Below, one piece after another: positions 49,701 through 60,087 of a stretch of DNA of 64,000 nt. Location of the stretch: NCBI GenBank assembly GCA_038087875.1, contig JAXLNO010002359.1, forward strand, positions 62,001 through 126,000, given 5' to 3'. The position numbers and the translations under genes were made by a program. Under the pieces are notes generated by a model. That model was not told where the DNA came from. It saw nothing but the letters and a program-made list of their open reading frames with translations, and ran no database searches. Source of the DNA: Malacoraja senta (taxonomy: Eukaryota). Position 1 is the stretch's first letter. Each line of letters begins with the position of its first letter.

Positions 49701-52700
49701 GAGTAAGGTCAATTAATCTGGGGGGAAAAAAAACACAATGTGCTGGAGTAACTCAACGGGTCAGGCGGAATCTCTGGAGAACATGGATAGGTGAGGTTTT
49801 GGATCTTGACCCTACTTCAGACTAAAGGGCTGCGACCCGAAATGTCACCTGCCTAACCTGCTGAGTTTCTCCAACACTTTGTGTCTTTTATTGGTAAACT
49901 CTCATCTGCAGTACCTTGTGTCTCAGTGAATCTGGATCACAAGTTAAACTCAAGACTTCTGATCTAAATTAGTCAGTGTGGTTCATGCCTGGTCTTTGGG
50001 GGAGCTTTTAACATAGAAACATAGAAACATAGAAAATAGGTGCAGGAGTAGGCCATTGGGCCCTTCGAGCCTGCACCGCCATTCAATATGATCATGGCTG
50101 ATTGTCCAACTCAGTATCCTGTACCTGCTTTCTCTCCATACCCCCTGATCCCTTTAGCCACAAGGGCCACATCTAACTCCCTCTTAAATATATCCAATGA
50201 ACTGGCCTCAACTACCTTCTGTGGCAGAGAATTCCACAGATTAACCACTCTCTGTGTGAAAAATGTTTTTCTCATCTCAGTCCTTAAAGATTTCCCCTTT
50301 ATCCTTAAACTGTGACCCCTTGTTCTGGACTTCCCCAACATCGGAACAATCTTCCTGCATCTAGCCTGTCCAACACCTTAAGAATTTTGTAAGTTTCTAT
50401 AAGATCCCCCCTCAATCTTCTAAATTCTAGCGAGTACAAGCTGAGTCTATCCAGTCTTTCTTCATATGAAAGTCCTGACATCCCAGGAATCAGTCTGGTG
50501 AACCTACTCCGTACCCCCTCTATGGCAAGAATGTCCTTCCTCAGATTAGGAGATCAAAACTGTACGCAATACTCCAGGTGTGGTCTCACCAAGACCCTGT
50601 ACAACTGCAGTAGAACCTCCCTGCTCCTATACTCAACTCCTTTTGCTATGTATGCTAACATACCATTCGCTTTCTTCACTGCCGTCTGCACCTGCATGCC
50701 TACTTTCAATGACTGGTGTACCATGACACCCTGGTCTTGTTGCATCTCCCCTTTTCCTAATCGGCCACCATTCAGGTAATAGTCTACTTTCCTGTTTTTG
50801 CCACCAAAGTGGATAACCTCACATTTATCCACATTATACTGCACCTGCCATGCATTTTCCCACTCACCCAGCCTAACCAAGTCATCTTGCAACCTCCTAG
50901 CACCCTCCTCACAGCTAACACTGCCCCCCAGCTTCGTGTCATCCGCAAACTTGGAGATGTTGCATTCAATTCCCTCGTCCAAAATTAATATATATTGTAA
51001 ATAGCTGGGGTCCCAGCACTGAGCCTTGCTGTACCCCACTAGTCACTGCCTGCCATTCTGAAAAGGACCCATTTACTCCTACTCTTTGCTTCCTGTCTGC
51101 CAGCCAGTTCTCTATCCACATCAATACTGAACCCCCAATACCGTGTGCTTTAAGTTTGTATACTAATCTCGTATGTGGGACCTTGTCGAAAGCCTTCTGA
51201 AAGTCCAGATATAACACATCCACTGGTTCTCCCTTATCCACTCTACTAGTTACATCCTCGAAAAATTCTATAAGATTTGTCAGACACGATTTACCTTTCA
51301 TAAATCCATGCTGACTTTGTCCAATGATTTCACCACTTTCCAAATGTGCTGCTATCCCATCTTTAATAACTGACTCTAGCAGTTTCCCCACTACCGATGT
51401 TAGACTAACTGGTCTGTAATTCCCCGTTTTCTATCTTCCTCCCTTTTTAAAGTGGGCTTACATTAGCTACCCTCCAATCCTCAGGAACTACTCCAGAATC
51501 TGAAAAATTATCACTAATGCATCCACTATTTCTGGGGCTACTTCCTTAAGTACTCTGGGATGCAGCCTATCTGGCCATGGGGATTTATCAGCCTTTAATC
51601 CATTCAATTTACCTAACACCACTTCCCGGCTAACCTGGATTTCACTCAGTTCCTCCATCTCATTTGACCCCCGGTCCCCTGCTATTTCCAGCAGATTAAT
51701 TTAGTCTTCCTTAGTGAACACAGAACCAAAGTAGTTATTCAATTGGTCTGCCATGTCCTTGTTCCCCACGATCAATTCACCTGTTTCTGACTGCAAGGGA
51801 CCTACATTTGTTTTAACTAATCTTTTTCTCTTCACATATCTATAAAAACGTTTGCAGTCAGTTTTTATGTTCCCTGCCAGTTTTCTTTCATAATCTATTT
51901 TCCCTTTCCTAATAAAGCCCTTTGTCCTCCTCTGTTGGACTGAATTTCTCCCAGTCCTCTGGTAGGCTGCTTTTTCTGGCTAATTTGTATGCTTCATCTT
52001 TTGTTTTGATACTATCCCTGATTTCCCTTGTAATCCACGGATGCACTACCTTCCCTGATTTATTCTTTTGCCAAACTGGGATGAACAATTGTTGTAGTTC
52101 ATCCATGCAGCCTTTAAATGCCTTCCATTGCATATCCACCGTCAACCCTTTAAGAATCAATTGCCAGTCTATCTTGGCCAATTCACGTCTCATACCCTTA
52201 AAGTTACCTTTCTTTAAGTTCAGAAACCTTGTTTCTGAATTAATTATGTCACTCTCCATCCTAATGAAGAACTCAACCATATTATGGTCATTGCCCAAGG
52301 GGCCACGCACAACAAGACTGCTAACTAACCCTTCCTCATTACTCAATACCCAGTCTAGAATAGCCTGCCCTCTCGTTGGTTCCTCTACATGTTGGTTTAG
52401 AAAACTATCCCGCATACATTCCAAGAAATCCTTTTCCTCAGCACCCCTGCCTATTTGATTCACCCAATCTATATGTAGATTGAAGTCACCCATTATAACT
52501 GTTTTACCTTTGTTGCACGGATTTTTTATTTCCTGTTTGATGCCATCCCCAACTTCACTACTACTGTTAGGTGGCCTGTACAGAACTCCCACTAGCGTTT
52601 TCTGCCCCTTAGTGTTTCGCAGCTCTACCCATATCGATTCCACATCCTCCAAGCTAATGTCCTTCCTTTCTATTGTGTTAATCTCCTCTCTAACCAACAA

Positions 52701-55700
52701 CGCTACCCCACCTCCTTTTCCTTTCTCTCTATCCCTCCTGAATATTGAATATCCCTGGATGTTCAGCTCCCAGCCTTGGTCCCCCTGGAGCCATGTCTCT
52801 GTGATCCCAACTATATCATGGTCATTAAAGCTATCTGCACATTCAACTCATCCACCTTATTACGAATGCTGCTTGCATTGGGACACAAAGCCTTCAGGCT
52901 TGTTTTTACAACACTCTTACCCCTTATACAATTATGTTGAAAAATGGCCCTTTTTGATTTTTGCCCTGGATTTGTCTGCCTGCCACTTTTACTTTTCACC
53001 TTGCTACCTATTGCTTCTACCTTCATTTTACACCCCTCTGTCACCCTGCTCACATATTTAAGAAACCCACCACCTCTTATTCTCTGTTTATTATCTTTTT
53101 CTTCTTTCCCCCCTACATGTTGGGTCTGAGTGCTTCCCTTCTCTGCCTCCTGCCTCACACACTGTCTACTAGCTTTCTCTATTTGAGTCCCTCCCCCCAA
53201 CCGTTCTAGTTTAAAGGCTCCCCAGTAGCCTTTGCAAATCTCCCCGCCAGGATATTGGTCCCCCTCGGGTTCAAGTGCAACCCGTCCTTTTAGTACAGGT
53301 CACACCTTCCCCAAAAGAGGTTCCAATGATTTTTGAATGATGTCCATTTATTCTACAAATGTGAACTCTGTGTTTATTATTTTGACAGAGAATGAACCTT
53401 TTATATACATCATTGTTGGAATTATCGGGAGTCTGGCTCTTCTCATCGTCATTTTACTGGCAGTGGTGTGGTGTCAAAGAAAGCGCAAGCCTACAGGTAA
53501 AGTACATGAAGACATGCTTAATGCAGCACAGATTACCCAAATTATCAATGACAATGTTATCTTTGTTACAGGGAGAAAATAACAATATATTTTGGACAGG
53601 AAAAGTGTCTGATTGTGCTTATGTTGTTGAGAAATTGATTTCAGACTTTTTGTGGTCAATTAAAGCATTATTTATGCAATGTGGATTGTCTACCTGTCTA
53701 CCTGCGTTGCCATGAGGAGTCTGCTGTATGATTTCAGGTGCTGTTCTGCAATGATCTGACCACGTGGTGATTGTGTCACCATCCCCTGTGTAAACCATTA
53801 TCAAATAAACATGCCAGAAGTTGAAGTATAGCTAGTGTAGTCATGTAGAAAATATGGTCTCCAATTTGCCCTCAACATGTTCCTATTTACTGAGGGATAA
53901 ATATTGGCCAGGAAACCAGGAGACCAAGGTATCTCCACTGCACTTTGGTGGTTCAAACTTAAAGTGAAAACTTTGCCTTGTGTACCATCCTAATATGGTC
54001 ATAATTTAGGGAACACTGTGTTTCCATGGACTCTGATTTTATCCACATGGTCTTATCCCACCATTAAATGTCTCTGACGTACATCTGAAGCCATGTTCCT
54101 GGTCATTCTGGTGGATCTCATTATTAATTGGGTACAGTTTAAACACTGGATTGCTGCTTCTTTAAAATCAAGCCGGATTAAAGTCTTAATCAGAAAATAA
54201 TACTTATTTTCCAGAAATTAATGTGACCCCAGTACCTGAGATGAGCCATGTTGCTGAATATATGTCTGTGAGTAGGAAGACAAAGCAAGAAGGTAAATAG
54301 ATGACTCAGTCAATGAATCTCTAGTTGTAGAGGTGTTGTATTTGATGAAACAACCTATTTCACAGTTTTCTAACAAGAATGTGAGGAAGAGAACCTCAAG
54401 CACACAAACTAATTTATCAATTCAACAGTCTCTCTTGTGTCAATTCACCCCTCAGTCCCAATCTTCCTCATCCAACTGCAGGTCTTACTCTGCATTGGTC
54501 AATTGACTAATTTTCACTGGACTATCATGGTCAACCCATGAATGTTGAGACATCACCATGAACAACATATTCACACTCCTAATTTATTGTTGATCCTGAT
54601 TAACAGCTTGGTTAGTGGCTCTCTAAAGAATGGACAACACTTGCCCTTTCAAAAGTCACCATCCCTTTCACAAAATATCATCTAGCATTAAATGCCTCCA
54701 ATTCACTTTGCCACTAGGTCAGATTTTATTCTAAAGTGAAAATAACAACATTTCAGAATGGTTTGAGCATCATTAATAGATGGCGGATAGGTGATGTTTC
54801 GGATCGAGACCCTTCTTTTGAGTCTGAAGAAGGGTCACGACCCGAAACATCACCTATACATGTCCTCCAGAGATGCTGCCTGACCTGCAGAGGTACTCCA
54901 GCACTTTGTGTCCCTTTGTGTATTAACCAGCATCTGCAGTTCTTTGTTTCTACCTAAGACAGAATCAGAATCAGATTTTATTCGCCAAGGATGTTTTGCA
55001 ACATACGAGGAATTTCACTGGCCAGGTCAGTCATACAATTAAAAAGCAAGACACAAAAACACATTTTAACATGAACATCCACCACTGTGACTCCTACACA
55101 TTCCTCACTGTGATGGAAGGCGAAATAAAATTCAAGTCCTTCACTTGTGTACTTCTTCGGTCGGGGGACTCGAGCCATCACCCTGGTGGTCAAATGGTGG
55201 ACAGTATTGTTTTTGCCAGAATTTAGACCACATTTCTGATGAATCTGATGAACAACAGAGAAATCTTTCTTGAAAAATCTGAAGGAACCTTTCAATAAAT
55301 CAGACATTGCCCATGTTTTAGAGATTAGAGATTAGAGATTCCTTTATTTGTCATTCAGACCTTTCGGTCTGAACGAAATTTCGTTGCCTGCAGTCATACA
55401 TATAATAATAAATGACAAAACACACAATAAACACAAATTAACATCCACCACAGTGAGTTCACCAGGCACCTCCTCACTGTGATGGAGGCAATAGTCTTAA
55501 AGTCTCTGTCTCTTCCCGCTTTCTTCTCCCTCTGCGCTGAGGCGATCCAGGCTTCTGATGCTGTGACCCCGCCGGGCGACGGTAAGCCAGTCCAGCGGCC
55601 GAATCCGTGCTCCGCGACGGGCCGGCTCAAACTCCGCGGCCCGGGGTGGTCGAATTTAATGAGAAAAATATAAATTCCTCACCTTGTTCCACAGTATGGA

Positions 55701-58229
55701 TCAATTGTATTCCACTGTGTTCCACTGTAAAGGGATCGATTGTATTCATATATTGTCTTTCTGCTGATGCAACAAAAGCTTTTCCCTGAACCTCGGCACA
55801 CATGACAATAAACTAAACTGAACCTCAGCTGATCATATCTCCCCATATTCCTTGATCTTAGTCCACATATGACTGGTCTCTAGTTTGTGTTTTGCAGTCT
55901 TTTTTTCCACTAACCTGTGGTCTTTGTAATTTATGCTTCATTTATGTGTTGTGTTGCCTTAGTCAAAATGCCTCTGATGCTGCTGCAGGCAACATTTTCA
56001 TTGTGCCTGTACCTCGCCATTGTTGTGTATCTGTCAATAAATTCAACAACTACGAAAATGTACTGAATGATTTGGCTCCAGACAAATGTGTGGTAGAGAA
56101 TGTAACAGATTCTTTGTTCTCCTCATCTTCATCCTTATTGTCTCTTGGCTTAAACCTTTACCCCTGGTCATGGTCTCCCCCAACAGGGAACATCTTCCTC
56201 CATCCAGACTGGTCTACCTGTTGGAATTTTCTATGTTTCCATGAGAACCATTGTCATTCTTCTAAACTCCACAAGCCAAATTAACTCAAATTCTCTTTGT
56301 AATTTCCACCATCCCAGGAAGAAGTCAAAACAAGGAGGTTAGGAGATGTGACTTTTCATGGAGGGTTTTTTCAAACTGCTGGATGTACTCTATGGGTCGA
56401 GCAGCATTTATGGAGGGAAAGCGATGATCAGCGTTTAGTATCGTGACCCTGCATTGACTTAAATCATCCCTTTTCAAATACAAATAAATTCTTTGTTTCC
56501 AACTTATTTCCACAGATACAGAAGAAGGTATTCATTATGGATCCATCTCCTTCCAGCCAAAAGCATCTGGTGGTAAAATGACTTTATTTAAATATGTTTT
56601 AAACTTTTATCACAGTGAGGATTATTGGCACTGAGTAGTCTGAAACCCTGCTGTCTTTGGCCACCTTACAACAGCATCAGGCATTCCTGGGATAAAGTCC
56701 CTCACTCTATCCGTCGACATGAAGTGGGAGTCAGCTGAGGCTCAGTTAGGAGTCCAACCTTCTCTGGGTGGGTTCAACCTCCCCAACCTTCTCCGTGTGT
56801 GTTCTGGTCCCCTAAACTACAGGGAGTGTGTTCTGGTCCCCTAAACTACAGGAAGTGTGTTCTGGTCCCCTAACCTACTCTAAGTGAGTTCTGGTCGCCT
56901 AGCCTACTCTGAATGGGTACAATAGCCACTCCAGAGATCCAACCAGTGACATCCAGGCTGCTGTTACAACACTGTTGTGCATTGTCGTTGGTGATGAGAA
57001 GTGAAACCAAGACACCATTTATGTCCATCTGAAGAACATTCTTCTACACAACTCCTGACTGAGCTAAAAGTGATCAGCGCAAACTTCCTTGAATTACAAA
57101 TTTTTGATATTGATTAGTAGGACTGGATGTTACAATCCCCTAAGTTTCTGCACCACAACTGACCCAATATTCTTGGGGGAGACCACGAGGTGATTTTGCT
57201 ACCAATCAGACACATCTTCAGTTGTGTACCTCAACATCACTGCGTGTTTCGGCCTTTTATCACAAGACACCCTCAGTCAAGGCAGGCCCACCGCAGGGTG
57301 ATCAGCCCTGGGTGTGTGTCTTATGGTTAGCCTCTAGATGGTCGCGTGGCAGCCCAGACAGCATCTTTTCTCTTCAGCCACAGCCAGTGACTGCTCCATT
57401 CTGCTTTTATCCTTCCATCTTCCTCTCTACCGCTGACTGTGGCTGGTTGGGCTCTGGACTCGTGTCCGTTGGTGGGACAGTTATTGGTTGAGCTTCGCCT
57501 GGGGTGCTGATACCCTGTGGACTGTGGTGGTTAACCTGCCACTGGGCTTCACTCCACTGATTTGGCCTACCTCTTAGGTCAATGTGAGGCCCCTCACCAA
57601 GCTCTCCCAGGCACTTTTCCCTGCCTTGGTGGATCTTGAGACCCTTCTCTGATATTATCTTATCCCAGCCACAGATGCAGCTTCATAGCTTATGTCCTGC
57701 CCGGGCTGCTGCTCTGTCAATTGCTGTGTTAATTCACTTATTCATAGTCGATTCCTTCCATAGCAATATAAGGGTGTCTTGTTCATGCTGACCATTCCTG
57801 CAGCTCACTGTAAATGCAGAGGTATGAGCATACAGATGACAGATGGGTTTTCTGGAATTCTATGTCTTGTTGATCTACTGTCAGGAAGAGCAAAATGTAG
57901 TAAGCTTTAGACTTTCATATTCCATTTGTCGTTTCCTTTGTCAACATAATCCACCAGTGTCATTTTTAATTGTGATGTTTGCATTTATTACAGGCAGCAG
58001 CGATAATACACTGTCCTCCAATCAAGCATCAGGCACTGTAAGTATATTGATTCTTGTTGATGAAATCCCAGATCGTACAAGTATGAATTAAAGCTGTAAT
58101 CTGTTTACTGATCTAAACAGCGACAACAGCAACGGTCTTAAATACAATTGGTATTTATTTCTCTTTCAGAACCTTGTTTCTTCAAAGGAAGATGAGTCTG
58201 TCATCTATGCTGAAACAGTAAAATCATAA
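31645..58229 (+). CDS. Eight-Ig-domain, ITIM-bearing type I receptor (CD4/LAG-3-like architecture, doubled); 14 coding exons, 958 aa
   Basis: join(31645-31732,34804-35145,36704-36970,39408-39749,39826-40086,41709-42053,43181-43453,45094-45432,46240-46512,53389-53496,54215-54292,56516-56572,57994-58037,58170-58229) = 2877 nt, no internal stop, all introns GT-AG, phase 1 except the last (phase 0). Confidence 0.88.
31860..34400 (+). mobile_element. Old, heavily decayed CR1/HER1-type LINE in intron 1
   Basis: Degenerate APE and RT remnants (cattgatgtacagagggaccttggg, CRTLVRP) and a gggccgaggggcttgttcctg tail. Confidence 0.75.
34804..35145 (+). CDS. Exon D1: cysteine-less V-like Ig domain
   Basis: tttttcctatttccaacag| ... 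G|gtgagt; IVLKGP (B strand), WEW (C), NLAIKKP (E), SGLFTL (F). Confidence 0.85.
35850..36140 (+). mobile_element. Tx1/L1-like LINE 3' remnant in intron 2
   Basis: Reads SRLQEYVLRDTLKI near 36090-36130. Confidence 0.5.
36704..36970 (+). CDS. Exon D2: C2-like Ig domain
   Basis: tttttcacag| VEASPQRTLLGSDVTLSC..LHW..YLMV..GKYVC..FTVND A|gtaagt. Confidence 0.92.
37210..38625 (+). mobile_element. CR1 3' part in intron 3
   Basis: ORFs 37203-37496 and 37535-38563 (NYRPVSL, PQGSVLGP, FADDTKL); ttttctatgtttctat tail. Confidence 0.95.
39408..39749 (+). CDS. Exon D3: canonical V-set Ig domain
   Basis: ctctctgatacag| ..LHLVC..QWTW..NRL..FSVRI..DAGVYAC..IDLITVK G|gtagga. Confidence 0.92.
39826..40086 (+). 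CDS. Exon D4: C2 Ig domain with WxC motif
   Basis: tttgtttccacag| VTAEPSDAVTEGDTVTLTC..LVW..SLVI..GNWRC..YYLEPR G|gtaagt. Confidence 0.93.
40600..41230 (+). mobile_element. CR1 3' fragment in intron 5
   Basis: RPHLEYCIQFWSP and the same tail. Confidence 0.92.
41709..42053 (+). CDS. Exon D5: cysteine-less V-like domain, paralogous to D1
   Basis: tttcctacag| ..FVLKGPDSPG..EWSPHSG..NLRIRMPTFKLAGLFTW..FGIK G|gtaata. Confidence 0.87.
42667..43058. repeat. G-rich minisatellite, about 53-bp unit, about 7.4 copies
   Basis: Unit ctaccaggaagtgttgatgtgggagacgagggggcgagggggacaggtggtca. Confidence 0.95.
43181..43453 (+). CDS. Exon D6: C2-like domain, paralogous to D2, F-strand Cys replaced by Trp
   Basis: gtttccacag| VEADSPRPVMGSDITLSC..LHW..YLMI..LYTW..VEVDQ G|gtgagt. 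Confidence 0.92.
43777..44515 (-). mobile_element. Rex1/Babar-type LINE 3' fragment
   Basis: ORF 44022-44417 (KKSQQRMYFLRQLRK..IESVLTFSIMVWFG..DPSHPGH) and (tctgat)n tail. Confidence 0.85.
44570..44990 (+). mobile_element. CR1 RT-end fragment
   Basis: gcaaatggcatgttggccttc, gagaccgcacctggagtattg, gagtccagaaccagggg. Confidence 0.85.
45094..45432 (+). CDS. Exon D7: canonical V-set domain, paralogous to D3 (absent from the ORF track)
   Basis: ccctctcttgcag| ..LDLIC..KWTW..NRL..NCHVRI..DAGVYTC..IDLITVT G|gtagga. Confidence 0.92.
46240..46512 (+). CDS. Exon D8: C2 domain, paralogous to D4
   Basis: ttcttctttccacag| VTTEPSGAVTEGRNVTLTC..LVW..KWTTC..YNLQVN A|gtaagt. Confidence 0.92.
47458..47749 (-). 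mobile_element. HE1-like tRNA-derived SINE
   Basis: Minus strand: gcggcacggtggcgcagcggtag head, box-B-like gggctcgatccc, (ctaaa)n tail; a shorter + strand tail lies at about 46600-46700. Confidence 0.85.
48437..49090 (-). mobile_element. CR1 3' fragment (subfamily of 6410-10370)
   Basis: ORF 48540-49091 on - ending GRWD*. Confidence 0.93.
50010..53330 (-). mobile_element. Long CR1 copy (ORF1 end, APE, RT, tail), broken
   Basis: ORFs 51909-52700 (YRPPNS, GDFN), 50966-51391, 50554-51039, 50111-50341. Confidence 0.95.
53389..53496 (+). CDS. Transmembrane exon
   Basis: tttattattttgacag| NEPFIYIIVGIIGSLALLIVILLAVVWCQRKRKPT G|gtaaag: uncharged helix followed by a basic stop-transfer cluster. Confidence 0.9.
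54215..54292 (+). CDS. Cytoplasmic exon 1 (AEYMSV tyrosine motif)
   Basis: cttattttccag| EINVTPVPEMSHVAEYMSVSRKTKQE G|gtaaat; 78 nt, phase 1-1. Confidence 0.75.
54787..54955. mobile_element. Penelope terminal repeat with an inverted 31-bp head and hammerhead core
   Basis: 54787-54817 is the reverse complement of 54827-54857 with few mismatches; CTGAAGA at 54824. Confidence 0.75.
56516..56572 (+). CDS. Cytoplasmic exon 2 (canonical ITIM IHYGSI)
   Basis: ttatttccacag| DTEEGIHYGSISFQPKASG G|gtaaaa; 57 nt, phase 1-1. Confidence 0.8.
57994..58037 (+). CDS. Cytoplasmic exon 3 (Ser-rich spacer)
   Basis: gcatttattacag| GSSDNTLSSNQASGT |gtaagt; phase 1-0. Confidence 0.78.
58170..58229 (+). CDS. Terminal coding exon (VIYAETV, ITIM/ITSM-like)
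   Basis: tttatttctctttcag| NLVSSKEDESVIYAETVKS*. Confidence 0.8.
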   Translation, partial: NLVSSKEDESVIYAETVKS

Positions 58230-58386
58230 ACATGAATACTGTGAAGAGAGTGGAAAGTGAAGGCTTGGACTTTGACAAGTGCAACGTTGCAATTTTTGGA
58301 ATTGAATTTTTTACTTTACAATTTCTACATACTTTCACGAATGTACATCCCGAGTTATCAAAATCATCACATTCATCTTCTATATT

Positions 58387-58392
58387 AATAAA
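58387..58392 (+). terminator. Candidate polyadenylation signal of the Ig receptor gene
   Basis: First AATAAA after the stop codon, about 160 nt downstream. Confidence 0.5.
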
Positions 58393-58719
58393 ACTAAGAT
58401 CTTGACCACTTTCTGACTTCCTGTTTCGTGATTTCTGAAAGAACGCCGCCACTTACGGCCGTTATTTTTGGCCACCTCGCTCACAGTCCCCCTCCGCTGA
58501 GCTGGACCAGAGGCTTTTTCCCATCGATGAAAAATCAGAGAGTTGTTCATGTTTTAGTATTGGTTGTGAGTGTGTGTGTGTGTGTGTCTGTGTGTGTGTT
58601 TTCAGAAAATGTATTGGTGTAAAGTGTTTGCAAATTTGGAGACTTTAAACGTTTGAATCATTCGGTTTCCACACTATGTTTACCACGTTCTGAAGTTACT
58701 TGGCATTTTAGTCTTGGTT

Positions 58720-59112
58720 GTGTGTGTGTGTGAGTCAGTGTGTGAGTGACTGTGTGTGTGTGAGTGACTGTGTGTGTGTGTGACTGTGTGTGTGTTTGAC
58801 TATGTGTGTGTGTGACTGTGTGTGTGTGAGTGAGTCTGTGTGTGAGAGTCTGTGTGAGTCTGTGTGTGTGTCTGTGTGTGTGTCTGTGTGAGTGAGTCTG
58901 TGTTTGTGTAAGTGAGTCTGTGTGTGTGTGTGTGTGAGTGAGAGTCTGTGTTTGTGTGTCTGTGTGTATGCGTGCGTGAGTGAGAGTGCGTGCGTGTCTG
59001 AGATTGTGTGTGTGTGTCTGAGATTGCGCGCGTGTCTAAGAGTGCGTGCGTGTCTGAGTGCGTGTGTGTCTGAGTGCGTGTGTGTCTGAGAGTGTGTGTG
59101 TGTGTGTGTGTA
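58720..59112. repeat. Compound (TG)n / tgtgag / tctgag microsatellite
   Basis: Direct inspection. Confidence 0.97.
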
Positions 59113-59830
59113 TAGGGGGGTTGCACGCAAGGTCACCGGGTCAAAGGGCATGATGCATGGAGCTGCTCTGGAGGACATCGCAGCTTCCGGTATATGTTGT
59201 TAATACACGAATCGCGTACTTTCCTACCTGTTAAAAAACGCCAAAATGGTGAATTTTTGCGCTGTAAATAATTGTGGAAGTCGGGGTAACCGTGAGAGAC
59301 ATCTATCCTACTTCAGAATTCCAAAAGTGAAGCGAAATGAAGGTAAAGAGAAGCAACAGCTGAAGGGACAACAACAGCTAAAGTGCTTGGCGAACATTGG
59401 CCGTGCAGATATCGAGATTGAAAATATTGGGAATTATCGCCTTTGCTCACTGCATTTCATCAACAGTAAGGCATTATTTGTGTTTTTTCTTGATTCCTTT
59501 GGTATCTAAAAAGTTTCAGAAGTGATAAATCTGGCTGTAAAATTTTAAAATCGCCCATGGTTCTGAAGTGGGTTTGTACATGCAAAAAGAAAACGCCTCT
59601 GAAGCTAAATTTATCATTAAAGAAATCTCCAGACTCACAAGTGATGTGTAGAAAAGTTTTCTATCATTATGCTATTGAGATGTATATTTTGGCAAATAAT
59701 AAAATGTCCTGACAGCTTAAACACCCACTGTCCTTCAATAGGATATTGTCAATTTGCTGAAGTTGATTATGTCCAATTAACAGCTAACAATACTGCCATT
59801 CCTTGGCTTGCATCTGAGTAAAATGTAATT
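59113..59830 (+). mobile_element. 5' fragment of a THAP-domain DNA transposon (ISL2EU/Harbinger- or P-type)
   Basis: 59246 MVNFCAVNNC..YFRIP..RLCSLHF is a C2CH THAP signature; donor aaca|gtaagg; the conserved Trp appears as Cys (KCLANI). Confidence 0.7.
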
Positions 59831-60087
59831 CGGGTGATCACAGAGGAAGAGGACTGAACTTTTTGATGCCGTGGACAGTGGAAAATTTTGATTCCGTTGT
59901 GGGGGGACGTTCATGTTGAATTCTATAATGTGTTGTGTCATTTTTTCTTATTTTAAATTTTTTCTATGGATGTACGGAAACTTAATTATTTCTTTTATGT
60001 AAAGCACTTTGGTTTCAACGCGAGTTTATTTAAACGTGCTATATAAATAAAATTTACTTACTTACGTACGGTTTGTGATTTTTTTAC

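Noticed and set aside
53738-53754. Alternative short terminal exon (GAVLQ*) after the TM exon
   Set aside because: Poor polypyrimidine tract; the four-exon tail is far better supported. Only cDNA could rescue it.
31645-58229. Calling the receptor CD4 or LAG3
   Set aside because: Eight domains, unsplit Cys-less D1, no Cx(C/H) or FxxL motif, ITIM-type tail; no gene symbol is justified without phylogeny and synteny.
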